In this document: positions 40,091-52,514 of the stretch, in pieces | Numbering within the stretch: position 1 is the first letter of the stretch | Layout of the letters: each line of letters begins with the position of its first letter | Assembly (NCBI GenBank): GCA_000934665.2 | Contig: KZ537993.1 | Span: 124,001 to 188,000, forward strand | DNA: 64,000 nt | Direction: 5' to 3' | Source of the DNA: Catajapyx aquilonaris | Taxonomy: Eukaryota | Position numbers and translations under genes: made by a program | Notes under the pieces: model-generated | Database searches by the model: none | What the model was told of the DNA's origin: nothing | What the model saw: the letters and a program-made list of their open reading frames with translations, nothing else

Positions 40091-41825
40091 GCGCTGCAGT
40101 TGATGTACAGTAGTAGCTATAGCCCTGTACAGTCTAACAGGCTTTTATTGACGGCGCGCAGCCTGTAACTCAGGGTCTGCAGCCGACCCTCCTGTTTCAG
40201 CTAGTGACCTTGACCCTGTAACCCTCCACCCCCCAACTCCCCGCACCATCCAACCCACTCCCTCCTCCCCGTCGCCCTATAGAACGAGCAGAAACCTGCT
40301 GCTCACCCTCAGCTTCTTACTCCCGATCGATGCTTTCCATAGACGTAGTACTAATGGTAACCATGTACTACAATTAGCGCCCTAAAACGGCCACTAATGC
40401 GCCAATATTCAAACGTTAAACAAATGCCAACCACTTAATTACCGACCCACATTTTGTCTCATTTTCAAGCTTAACACACTGTGCGTCAATATCCACCTTA
40501 GCATTGCATAACAAGCTGCATCACCCTTTATGCAAATTCAGTCTTCAGTGGAGCCAATGGAATGAATGGGAATCGCAGGGTAGCCTGAGGTCATGCCTCA
40601 GCCTGCAATGCAGGCAACCCTGCCAGACAAGAGAGGCACTTGGGTTGCCTGCTACCCAGGATGAACCTTTCCAAGGCTATGTTGCATTATAGTCAATCGG
40701 AGGATGACATCCGGATGGACTAGCGTGCATTCTAGTGCTATTACCGGGCCTGGCAGAGGGTATTGGCGTGGGTGGCCGTACCATCGCCTGCTTACAAATG
40801 ATCCCGATTTGGCCACTTTTTTAAGTAGTTCTTCTAGGGGTTATTAAATGCCAGGGAGAGAAGGATCATGCCCTTCAACTGAGCCTTTTGGGTGTCGTTT
40901 TTCAGTCTGCTGAATTAACCCGATTAATGACGCACCACGCTTTCCCTATTCACAAGCCCTTGTAATTAGCTTGTATGGAACTCGAGCTTCTAATAGCAAA
41001 GGTCGGATCCGGTAGTTGACATCTGCTTGAATTGGCTGAGAAATTAGCAGACAAATTGTGCACAAAATGTCACGCGCTACACTGTATGCTTCGGATATAA
41101 CTATGTAAATTGTATACCGCTGGTTGGTTTTTCACCTTACGGAATGGAATATGTTCCAGGCTATTATTGAACTTGCTATGCATTAAACAACGGTATTAAC
41201 CTTGATTGTGGCGTGCGCATGGAAGCGATTCAGGGTCACTTCCATTGCCTTTGTGTTTAGCCCTGACTCGAATCCAACAAAATTTCGGGGTATCCCATCA
41301 TCCAATTCTGGGAACATAGCAGCGCAGCCGCCCCTTCCGGGAATCAGATTCCTCTGCGGGCTCCAATCCAAAATCTGACCCATATTTTAAGGATTGTAAA
41401 CTACCGGTCGGATAGGACGGAAAGGTTGGTAGGCCTGGCAGGATTGAAGGGCTGACCTTCCCGGAGGGCGCAGAAGAACCGGAATGCTCGACCTTCAAGG
41501 ACAGGGCGGGCGGTTGAAAGGGAAAGCTTTTTTGGGGGTTGTCGGGGTGGCTGCGGACCACCTTTTTTTGTGATAGGGGGCAACGTTGCCCTCCGGAGTT
41601 GGTCAGCCTCAACCGCCATTATTTGCACGGGAGAATCATGGAAGCGGCAAAAAAAATTTACTTTGGCATTAGATCCGCACGAATCGCTTGACCAAGGTCA
41701 AGGTCACTGACTAGTAATCCCGGAAATGAGCAACAATGCGCTCTTATTCCGTTGCTTAACAACATATAACACAGGACCTTCTAACCCTCCAGTCCGTTCG
41801 TGTCCTATCATTTATTCTCCTGATC

Positions 41826-42815
41826 ATGAGCTGTTCAAAAATCAACTTGGATGAGCTAGTAGCCCAACACTACGCCGTCACCCCCTTACGGGTGGCCTTC
41901 CAGGACTACTACAGCAAGGACCTTAACTACGAGCCCGAGGTCACCCTGGAAGTCCCTCACAACACCACTCATGACAAGTTGAGGGCCATTGTGGCTGAGA
42001 AGCTCTGCGTAGACCTCTTTCACCTCCAGTTCTACCGATGCAAAAGAGGCAAGTGCGAACCCGAGCTCAACCCAGTGCCCTTCAAATACCCAGGCAGCGT
42101 CGAAGACCTGGTAGGCTTCTTGAACCCGGAGGCGACCAAGTACATGTTCTACAACATTGTTCCGTTGCGGTTCGACGAGCAGCACGGAGACTACAAGTTC
42201 CGCTGTACCTGGGTGAGCATGGACCTGAAGAATTCCAGGAACTTGGTCTTGAGGCTGCCACAGCATGCCACTGTTAACGACGTCCTATGCCTGGTGCGTA
42301 AGGAGATGTGCTTGCCAAAATGCAAGGTCCTCAGGCTTCTGGAGGTGGTCGGCGACAACATTTACACCGAACGACCCGAACACATCACCTTGAGTTTGTT
42401 GGAAACCATGTGCCTGAGGACATACCGCGTCGAGGAGGTGCCCGAGAGCCAGCAGGAGCTAGCAGATAATGAGTTTCTCATACCTGTCGGGCACTTTTTC
42501 ATGAATGAGAAATGTGAAATGGTTACATTCGGAACGCCATTTTTCCTGATGGTTAGAGTCGGGGAGACAGTGTCTATGCTTGCAGAGAAGTTGCTGACAC
42601 TGCTTGCGGAGATGGAGGTCAACCCTGGCAATTACACGTTCCATCTGGTCCAGCGGAGAAAGGTGAGAATGATTCTGAAGGCCAATTTCCAAGTGCGGCC
42701 ATATGATTTCAACTGGTGCAACAGCACCGACGGACACAAAGTACCGATGCGGACTTGGTTGGGCTTGCAGCATGTGAGGCTGAGCAAATTGTACAAACCA
42801 GGAGCAGCACAGTAA
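41826..42815 (+). CDS. USP7 C-terminal ubiquitin-like domain (about UBL3-5)-only protein, copy 1; intronless, nested antisense in the E75 intron
   Basis: 329-aa ORF with LQFYR, FRCTW, LRLLEV, YRVEEVP, IPVGHF, FGTPF and WLGLQH, colinear with USP7 LQFFK/FKCIW/LRLLEI/FRIEEIP/VTVAHF/FGIPF/WLGLDH. AATAAA at 42835-42840. Confidence 0.88.
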   Translation: MSCSKINLDELVAQHYAVTPLRVAFQDYYSKDLNYEPEVTLEVPHNTTHDKLRAIVAEKLCVDLFHLQFYRCKRGKCEPELNPVPFKYPGSVEDLVGFLNPEATKYMFYNIVPLRFDEQHGDYKFRCTWVSMDLKNSRNLVLRLPQHATVNDVLCLVRKEMCLPKCKVLRLLEVVGDNIYTERPEHITLSLLETMCLRTYRVEEVPESQQELADNEFLIPVGHFFMNEKCEMVTFGTPFFLMVRVGETVSMLAEKLLTLLAEMEVNPGNYTFHLVQRRKVRMILKANFQVRPYDFNWCNSTDGHKVPMRTWLGLQHVRLSKLYKPGAAQ

Positions 42816-43027
42816 ATGTGACAATGCTGTGAACAATAAATTATTAACAGCCTCTATCGTCTATAATGTAGCGTGTATATAGTACTCATCTACCTCATTA
42901 TCTTGTCATTCATCAGCAGTTAGGTATTACTAGGGTGACAACAACTTGAGGTTGCATTGTTTTCCAATACGGAATTTCAACAAGCAATCACCAAGACTAC
43001 GTAGTGTTCGCACATTATTATTCGAAA

Positions 43028-43549
43028 ATGTCGGGGTACAGGTTGGACTTGAACAAGTTTTGCAGCTACTGCCGTGCTGAAGTCACCTTCTGCGACGTGG
43101 AAATGCGAGACAACCCAGGCTGGACGCTGAACCTGAGCCAGTGCATGAGCTACTCTCAGATGTGCGAAGTGGTGGGAGCCCACATCAAAGTCCACCCTTG
43201 TCTCTTAAGGTTCTACAGGACCACCAGACACAATCTGCGAGGTCTTCCCATTCCTTCCGACTTCAAAGGAATCCTTCGCGACATGGCCAAACCGGGTTGG
43301 ATGAAGCTGTTCTACCAGCGACTTTCAATTCCTGTCACAAAAGAGGAGCAGCAATACAAGTGCTTCTGGATCGACCCCGAGTATGACACCGAAGTGGCCA
43401 TGAATCTGTATCCGGCCAAGGGCGGAGCAGTGCCCGACCTTCTGGCTGAAGCGCGACTGCAGATACAGAGAAGCGGCAAGCTCAGGCTGCTCGAGATCAT
43501 CAACAACAAGATAGTCAAAATTTTCGCTGACGACACCCCTCTGGAAAAG
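43028..43549 (+). CDS. USP7 UBL-domain-only protein, copy 2, exon 1
   Basis: ATG at 43028; VTFCD...LNLSQCMSYSQM...LLRFYR...KLFYQRLSIP...YKCFW...LYPAKGGAVPDLL...SGKLRLLEIINNKI; donor AAG|gtaatc. Confidence 0.85.
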
Positions 43550-43801
43550 GTAATCTGCTTTTGTGTACCTATTTGTATACTCCCCAAATAATTTGACTTC
43601 TTAACACTTGAAATATCTCCCAATACTTTTGGGTCAGTAACTTTAAAAAAATTCTCAGAAAATTTACCCTAAATCAGTAAAAATGGCCAGTTGAGGAAAA
43701 ACGTCAGTCAAAATAAGTGATGCTATTTCAAGAGTGATATAAGGCCACTCAAAATAATTTACGGCCCATGACATGGATCAACATGTCCCATATATACGCA
43801 G

Positions 43802-44170
43802 ATCCGCCGTGGAATTTCGACATCCCTTCGGGTCGAAGAAGTCCCGGCGGACGAGGCCACTTTAACCCAAGACGAGGTGTTGGTCCCTGTAGCGCACTTT
43901 GACGCAGTCACCTTTTGCACCTTCGACACTCCATTCCTGGTGAAGGTCAAACACGGTGACGACTACGACAAGGTGCAACGTCTGATCCGTACCAAGCTCG
44001 GGATCAGTCCTGAGCAATTCGGAGAATACCGGTTGGCCGCAGTAGTCGCCGGACTGCCTATGTACCTGACCCAGCGATACAAAGTGGATGCCCAGCTACT
44101 GACCAACAACAGCTTCTGGTTCGGGCTGGACCACCCCATGCGAGGTCAGAAACGCCGCCATGACCACTGA
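43802..44170 (+). CDS. USP7 UBL-domain-only protein, copy 2, exon 2 (296 aa in total)
   Basis: Acceptor acgcag|ATC in phase 0; IRRGISTSLRVEEVPADE...LVPVAHF...FDTPFLVKV...WFGLDHPMRGQKRRHDH*. ATTAAA at 44190-44195. Confidence 0.85.
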   Translation: MRRGISTSLRVEEVPADEATLTQDEVLVPVAHFDAVTFCTFDTPFLVKVKHGDDYDKVQRLIRTKLGISPEQFGEYRLAAVVAGLPMYLTQRYKVDAQLLTNNSFWFGLDHPMRGQKRRHDH

Positions 44171-47100
44171 CACCTTTCGTTTTCTGGTTATTAAAAACTT
44201 TGAGCATACAGGTTTTCGCATATGGGCGTGCCCTGGGAGGAAATGGATACAAATTGGGAGTGGAGGGAGGGGGGAAGGTTTTTTTAAAAAATGAGAGGGG
44301 GTAGATTTCGATGGTGGGGAAGGTCGATGTCCCCTGCCTCCTTCCGTTGCCCTGGCAACCCCCCTAGCCTTAAAATCTGCCAGTTCAACGTCTCCCCCAG
44401 CATGCACTTTCGCTTTTTTTTCGCATGTCTTTTGTAGCTAGCACGAGGCTGCGGCAACATTGCCCTGCCCAAGGCCCGTCCTTGACTTCCTCATCCCAAG
44501 TCAATGGCCGAGTGTCTTGTTGCCACATGTGCCGTTGACCCCCCTCGATATACCTACACACGCACTCACGCACTGGGCCTTGAAATAAAAATAAAATGGG
44601 TCTAAATTATTTCCTTCCCTACCCCCTCCTTGAAAGCTATATCTACATAAGGGTGCTGAACTTGCACCTGATTGGCTCACCTGCGTTTACATGCACGATA
44701 AAAATTTCCTCATTAATATCTGCACTGGATTTTGAAACTAGTTTATCGCCAGGTAGATAGAACGGATGTAGATATGAGGGGGCAATATCTGGAATTAGGA
44801 GGCTCTCTGCAAGGTGCAAGTAGCGTCATATAAGTTTGGTGCTTAATTGGAGCTGGTGGCCAGTTTGGGAGTGAGTGGTGGTGGTGGGGGCTGACACTAT
44901 GACGCTGATAGTCTCTCCCCCCTGCCATTCTATTCCAATAGCAGCCGCAGCGGCATGTATGAGGGCCCCAGATTACCTACAGACCTTGACCTAAAGCATA
45001 CCGCGCCTGTGCGGGTTTACAAATCCGACGCGTTCATATCACGTAATAACCAGGACAAAAGATTCGACCAAACTACCAACAATATGAGCAGCCATATGTC
45101 ACCTTTGCAATATATTGTCTTGGACAAAGTAATGACCCGGACATTGAACCGTCACCTCCCACGCGGTCTGAGTTGCCATAACGCCACTGACGTTCCTTTA
45201 AAAAAAAATCAACATCCCAATTTGCTATTAGTGTAGCCGAGGTGACCTTTGATAGATTAGGTATATCTGCAGGTGCCCTCCAGAGAGATACAACTGGGTC
45301 GTTGGCTTTCATTCAGGGTGACATTTGCGATGAAATTGCACCCAGTATGTACGTTAATAAATTTGCAATTGTAGTAGTTAGGAGAGGGGAAATGCAATAC
45401 CCATACATGGAGGAACTCAAGCCAGACCACTTGAGGGTAAGTGACCTTCACGGGGGTGAAAAACTGGTCTGGGATGTTGGTGGGTTACGCCATCGAGCCG
45501 GTTTCTTCCTCGTAGACGTCATGGTGCGAGTAGGCCTCCAGCTAAATAAGCAATATTTTTTTTTATTACACTCTTCGGCTTACGTCGACATAGAAACCAC
45601 GCGGTTTTCTTTTTCGTGTTTCGCACTTACGCAACCTACTCTCAATATTTTTGCTGAAAACTGGGTCAAGTTCAAGGCTCCTGAGTGCTGGCCAATGATG
45701 GCTTTCTTGGGCACCCAACCAAACACTCTCGCCGCGGGATTGGTCAGGGTTATATAAACCGGCTTGGAAGGCCCACTCTTTTTGTTGCCGAAGAAAACCG
45801 CGTCGTTTATTTTCCCCCTTCTAATATTTAATTCACCCTGGTAGTTAGATCACACGTGTGAGTCAATATTGCCACGATGTAGTTATGTAAGTCTCCTTCA
45901 ACAAAACTGACGTAAGTCACGTCCCTGTAAGAGTTGGCCCAATACAGACCCAAGTGCAGTTGTTTCCTACTTGCTATAATTGTTGATTCGGCTATGCCAA
46001 GGGCTGGTTATGCAGTCAACGCAGGTGAAGGTCAATGTCAGATACTTCGGGTTATTTAACTCACAATTTGCGTAATTTTATTACGCTACTCCATTACGAT
46101 ACATCCTGCTTCCATGGGAGACCAAAATACGTACTTTTCTACCCAAAACCAGCAAGTTTGACATATCAATAATTCAACAGGAAGAGATCCGAATCATTCA
46201 TGACATCAGGGGATTCCTCTCTTTCTTTTTTTATCGCCCTCTTCTTTATTTTCGGAAACCATTTAAGCATCCCCTCCTTCTTTCGAGACTTAAAAAATTC
46301 GGTAAAAAACGGTGCGAAGTTTCCACCACCGACATCCCTCGAGACGGGGAAGGGTAGGGGGAAGAAAAGGAAGCAAGATGGAGGCTATTTCCAGAAGGGG
46401 AAGAATTAGGGGAAGGGGGAAAAAAAGAACGCGTGCTGCCAGGCGACATATCCAGATGGGACAGGAAAACATGGCGGAAGTGAAGGAAACCACTAAAAGT
46501 CTGAAGAAGAAAAAAAAATCTGACCTATATATACGACCGTATGACGTACTTGTACCGATACATATTCTTACAGGGTCGACATCCGCGGATACCTTTTGTC
46601 TCAAACGTGCGTAAACAACCCCCGAATAAATTGGTGGCATAACTCCGGATGTCCTTGCAGTTGTTTGTTACGCCGTGCTGGGATCCGGCTGGTCACAGCA
46701 AATTCCGGCAATTAAATAAGCGGGTATATACTATAGTGTCAAGATCGATCGTTGGCAAAGACGACGACGAAAAAAAAAAAAAGAGGGTAAAAGACATAGG
46801 AGTCTGCGTTTTCCTCCCTCATTTCTCCCCAACCTCACCTTGAACTTCCCCAAGGTGACTGAGAACGGCTAGAGTTGCATTTAAAACCCGGTCGTAACAT
46901 GAGCCTTGCTTATTTGCATTGACGGAGGCTTCCCAAAACTCGATATGCTGCTTTCATTTCATTCCCAAATAAATTGAATTAGTTGCAAAAATTGGGGTGA
47001 CCTCTGTATGCTATGCCAAATTATTAAGGCACTATTCGCAAAATGCCGTGGCCTAGAACCTAGAATCGCTCTAGCCTTGAACTTCGGAACACAAATTTCG

Positions 47101-48161
47101 ATCGGCCTCGACAGGTGCAAGGGGCTACAGTTGGGATCAAACCCTATATGGTTTCGGTGCGAAATATTTTTATATCCAGATAATCTGCGCATGCGTTAAA
47201 GGTATAGTACATATACAGGGCCATATCGATGCGGGAAATAGTTCGTTGTCCTCTAGAAAGCCACTGCGGAGTTGGCTATGGCAGCCAAGGGCAGGGACGG
47301 ATTAGGAAACCACATGACATGACGAGGCCCTAGTGCCCCACTTATAACCCATTTTTAACCGGTCAATTATGCGGAGGTCAATCAATGACCCCCTCGCACC
47401 ATATATCCTGCCTATGCTCATTTGAATACGCAGCTGCTGAATTAATGCAAGGGTGTGGACAAAGATGGCGGTATAACCTGGGTTTTAAAATATGGGTACA
47501 GTGCGCACGCTTTGCATCGATTCATTGGTAGGGTTCAGCGAACGCACTTTCAGGATCGGAAAAAAAAATTCGCAAAAAGCCTTTCCTGATTTGATATATT
47601 GCACGCGAATTATAACCGCAACCCATTCCGCAACAAGTGAGTCATGTTTGCGGTGTGGTGCTAATTTGGTCAAACACCAACGACCTCTCAAGGTCAGTCC
47701 CTTTAATTCTTAAAACTACCCTATATGTGGGTGGAGGGTGAGGCATATAAACAAAAGTGTTATCACGTCTACAAATAAAACTGCCCCCTATAGTACGAGA
47801 CCCCACCTTTTACCAGCAGATACGAGGGTCGAAAATTAGCTGAAATACGCACAGACATGCGTAAATGTGGTTCCCACAACCCTCGTTTTAGTCATATTGA
47901 TCATTCAAATCTGGGTAGGGGGGGTTGGGCCGACCCTCCCATCAAACCCGAAATCTGATTACGCACGCCATTCCCCCAACCCTCTCTAATCCTCCACATA
48001 TAACCCCCTAAAAACTAACAGTCTGGCAACAATGCCAGGGATCCTCCCCCGCCTTTAGGATATTGATTGTTTTACGCCACAATTCCGGAAACTAGGGGAC
48101 GAGGAAGATTCCCCCATCCCCTACTGTCCCCTATCTTATAATAAGCTATAAGAGATCATGC

Positions 48162-48174
48162 GGGTCACTGACCT
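48162..48174. promoter_or_regulatory. Consensus ecdysone response element (IR1)
   Basis: GGGTCA-C-TGACCT matches RGKTCANTGAMCY exactly; about 1.2 kb downstream of the E75C-like exon. Confidence 0.65.
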
Positions 48175-49402
48175 GCAATCCGCAATGGTGTCCATTTTAG
48201 ATATGAAGGGCAGGGAGAAAAACATGTTAACCGCCACTTTTTCTTCCGAGTATATGCAAATATGTACATTGTACAGCCAAAAAAACAGGGCCCCCCAGGA
48301 AACTTCCAAATTAGCCGGTTTTATTAATAATTCGGGCGTAACTAAATTATAAGCCGAGTTCAAAAGGCGGCCATCTTGCTCCATGGCTGGCTAATTGTAA
48401 ATGGCCGAGTTTGGCAGTGGCGTTGGGCCTGCGTTCGACCCCTGCGAAAAGCACACTATAGTTCATTGGCCTCTGTGGCTTTTGGGGAACGACGGGGGGA
48501 ATGACGTGAGGCTAGAAGAATATAGTAGCGCCGGCGCACACCTTTGCTACACTCCCATAAAAAGCATTAAATAGTGTGATAGTTAAATGGGTGATTAGTG
48601 ACCACCCAGAGCAGCCATCTTTGCGCCGGTTAGGAGAATTTCCCCCCTTCGTCAATCTATAAATACACGTGCCTTTACTGGAATGGGGAGGCTGCTTGGA
48701 GGGCGTTCACTGTGGCACGAAATCTGTCTGGCAACTGTGATGGCCCAGACTTTGGTTCAATGTCGAGGACTGTGTGCTTAAGCCAAAAGGGCTAATGTTT
48801 TTCCCCATGTCATCATCGAAGTATTGATGTGTATCATGTCAACGACTTGAATCGACCCAATTATGACGTCATTGTTAAGGGGGTGTCTGATGACACAGGT
48901 TTTCTCTGGAAATATGAAACGACTAAAAATGAGGGAGGGCCAACCACCCTCACTAGTCACGCGAATATTCGAGCAACCAGGTGAATGCCCTCCTTCTGTA
49001 GGAGCCATGCGCATAGAATTTTTTGGGGGGTGTCAATATACCTAGTTGAAAGCAATTTTGAGGGTTACTTCCTGATCCGGTTTTAGGGGACATATTTGTA
49101 CAGGTCCAAATGTTTTTCAAGGGGGGTCCACATTTTAGGGAGTTGAGAGTAGGAGGGGGTGTTAGGATCCCACCGCGCAACTCGAGGTCTTCGATTCTAG
49201 GACCACCCTCCCCCTCACCATAACTTCACCCCCTCACCAGGAGCAATGGCCAGCTCCAAGAGCATCGAACCAAGGCCGGTTCTTAACCCAAACCCCCAAA
49301 TCGTACCTTTTTAGGCTACTGCGCATTTCCCCTCCAAAAAAAAGCCGGGTCCAACAATGGCCCATGTGGCTTTTACCCTAATAATTTCAGGAAGTATCTT
49401 AC

Positions 49403-49520
49403 CTAAATCTGGTATTGAGCTAGATGGTTCCTCATGGTCCTTGTCCTTATCCAGCTTAGACTTTGGAGGTGGAGGTGGAGGTGGCCGCATGACCATCGAA
49501 GTTGTAGATGACACCGCCAT
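49403..49520 (-). CDS. E75: E75C-like distal first coding exon
   Basis: ATG at 49520 after an in-frame stop; MAVSSTTSMVMRPPPPPPPKSKLDKDKDHEEPSSSIPDL plus G|gtaaga (phase 1). MRPPPPP...EEPSSSIPDL is the known E75C-type motif. Confidence 0.9.
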
Positions 49521-51215
49521 CGCACTATCAGGTCAAGGTCAAGTCACTATCAGATGACCACTCTCACTCACACGCACCCGGCATAACACGAATTTGGAAA
49601 CCCCGCCAGTCAAGCCAGCCAACAGGAGACGAGTCCCCGTGCCCAGCCGTACAGTAGGCTACAGTAGAGTATGACTGTGAGAGAGGAGTGTGGCGGAGCT
49701 CGTGGGGGCCGCGGCTGGAAAATAGCACTTGGCCTTGTCCTTGAACGAGGCTCGTGAACTCGGTCGCTTATCGATTCGCGCCGACGTGCTGGCATCTACC
49801 GGACGGTGGACCAACCACAGAAAAGGTACGATGGAGGGGAGGACCCAACCGGACCCCTCAACAATACATGTATGATCGATCATACCCAAGCCCCCCTTGT
49901 GGTTGGATGTGTACCTTTACGTAACTTGTAGGGGACTCATTTTTAGGGGGGAGGCAACAGGGGTTATGTAAGGTCTAAGGTGGTTTAGGGGTCAAGGGTG
50001 AGTTTGCATATATAGGGAATTTTTGCACTATATTGGAAATGGGAGTTATGTAAAGGTAATTTAGGAAAAATGGAGACCTTGCCTGCCCACCAGATTGAAG
50101 GTCTGGACCAAGGACAGCATCCGGGGTCATCCAAGGGTCAATGTGAACGGTGCGTATTTAGGCAGGTGTTGCGCAGATCCTGGGTCAAAGTCTTCGGGTG
50201 TAATGAGGTCAGCGGCAGATAGCTGCTACAATGTCACCTACACATTTAGTGATAATGCGTGTCATTAACACAGTTTTAATTCGTGTTTTTTTTTTGCAAA
50301 TTGGTGGTGGGGAAATATTTGGTTAATATTGGGATGTGATTGTGTGATAGAACTGGTCCTACACAGCGTTAGAGATAGATCGGATGCTGGGAAGGTCAAG
50401 GACGGGATAGATCGAAGTTGGAGGGTAGGGGGCGAGGAATATAGAAGGGGTGTAGGATTGGGTAGGAGGGGCTTCTGTCCTACCTGGACCCCTGTGGGTG
50501 GTAGTGGTAGTAGTATACTTGTGACGTCAGTAGTGCGACTCCCATTAATTACTTATTTGATCATATTTTTATAAGGCTTTTCTTCCGCAAACTAACTCGT
50601 AAATATTTATTCCTATCTCATTACATGGTATTGCACATGTAAGCTTACATCATGTTCCTTCAGGACATACTGTAGGCCTATACAGATTTTTTTAAACGTC
50701 ATCCAAGAGTGCCTGGGGCATACCGGTGAAGCAAACATCACGCGACAGATCGATATATTATTAAAAGTGATGAAAATATTCAGCTCGACAAATAGGAATG
50801 GTGGAAATTTAGAAAATTGGAGGACGGCGTGTCACTTGGAAAATCTATGCAAAGCATCCAAATCGTGAGGTATTGCATAACATTACTAAGGGAGACGGCG
50901 CTGTGCCATGCAGAGACGCTGATGATTTGTGCGACGCAGTAGATTCTGACATTGCTGCTGCTCGGTGACAGGGAAAGGGGTGGGAAAGGGATTCCAGGAA
51001 AAGTTGATTTCCGGGAAGGAAAGTTCAAAAATAGGAGGACAGTTCTTATTATTATTGCTGAGAACTCGCTCGTTATTTTAAATTGGTTTCACTTTTTATT
51101 GAATTACTTGTCGTTTACATTCGTGTTGTACAGGGTGATCCAAAATGCTTGTGTGATTTCAGCTAAGATATTTTCGCAATAAATTGTTTATTATTATGCA
51201 GTTACTTTTGAATAA

Positions 51216-52514
51216 CACAGCGCAACAAAAAAAAACTTTCGGCGTGTTATTCGGAAACCACCATGCACATCATGTTAGTAGGACCCAAAGTAGCTGGGAA
51301 AGGCCCGGGATTTCTCTCCCAAAATGTGCAGTGGGTCAGGGTGACCAAAAATCCGAAAAATTCAAAATATTGACGTTTTTTGGCCTATTTCCAGGTCTGG
51401 CAACCAGTGTAAGTTTCGGATTTTGTTTTTGCTGGCATTAGGTGTTACCTGGGTCTAGTCTGAAGCCACTATGGTGTTTAAAGTAAATCTTTTATAGAAA
51501 CTGTGGTTTTCCAGGGTCCTTTTTATGGAAAAAATTCCGTTTTTTGGTACTTTTTCGTCAATTTTTGGGGAACAGTGTATGGACTTTTTTTTTTTAAAAA
51601 AAAAAGTGTAGCGTAATGGGCTCTTTAGAGACCCTACAATCAAGGAATAAAAGTAGAACTTTCCTATGCAACCCTAGTACGCGTGTGCAAAAGCCTAATC
51701 TTGGGTAAAATCGCGTTTTGTCGCATTTTTGGTGATTTGACTTTTTTCAACATTTAAAACCAAATATTCCTCGGCTTTAAAATATATGAATTCTTCTTAG
51801 TCTAACAAACTGTCAGGGACCCCCATAGTATGGAAAAAGACTACGATTTCCATAAGAAACCCATGTACGCGTGTATTTTTTTGTACCCGTACGCGTACAT
51901 GGGTTTCTTATGAAAATCGTAGTCTTTTTCCATACTATGGGGGTCCCTGACAGTTTGTTAGACTAAGAAGAATTCATATATTTTAAAGCCGAGGAATATT
52001 TGGTTTTAAATGTTGAAAAAAGTCAAATCACCAAAAATGCGACAAAACGCGATTTTACCCAAGATTAGGCTTTTGCACACGCGTACTAGGGTTGCATAGG
52101 AAAGTTCTACTTTTATTCCTTGATTGTAGGGTCTCTAAAGAGCCCATTACGCTACACTTTTTTTAAAAAAAAGTCCATACACTGTTCCCCCAAAATTGAC
52201 GAAAAAGTACCAAAAAACGGAATTTTTTCCATAAAAAGGACCCTGGAAAACCACAGTTTCTATAAAATATTGACTTTAAACACCATAGTGGCTTCAGACT
52301 AGACCCAGGTAACACCTAATGCCAGCAAAAACAAAATCCGGAAATAGGCCAAAAACGTCAATATTTTGAATTTTTCGGATTTTTGGTCACCCTGACCCAC
52401 TGCACATTTTGGGAGAGAAATCCCGGGCCTTTCCCAGCTACTTTGGGTCCTACTAACATGATGTGTATAGTGGTTTCCGAATAACACGCCGAAAGTTTTT
52501 TTTGCTGCGCTGTG
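51216..52514. mobile_element. Non-autonomous foldback DNA transposon (CAC termini, TAA TSD; Chapaev3/CMC-like)
   Basis: Inverted arms 51216-51872 and 51891-52514 with an 18-nt spacer. Termini CACAGCGCA...TGCGCTGTG, with TAA on both flanks (51213-51215 and 52515-52517). The superfamily assignment is tentative. Confidence 0.85.

Noticed and set aside
39890..40168. ORF with a poly-isoleucine 'membrane' segment
   Set aside because: It is a translation of the (ATT)n microsatellite.
45242..45757. 171-aa plus-strand ORF downstream of the USP7-like pair
   Set aside because: Non-ATG start, no USP7 motifs and no recognisable family.
51184..52487. Mirror-image ORFs (MIVGSLKSPLRY...) on both strands
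   Set aside because: They are a by-product of the inverted repeat and show no transposase motifs.
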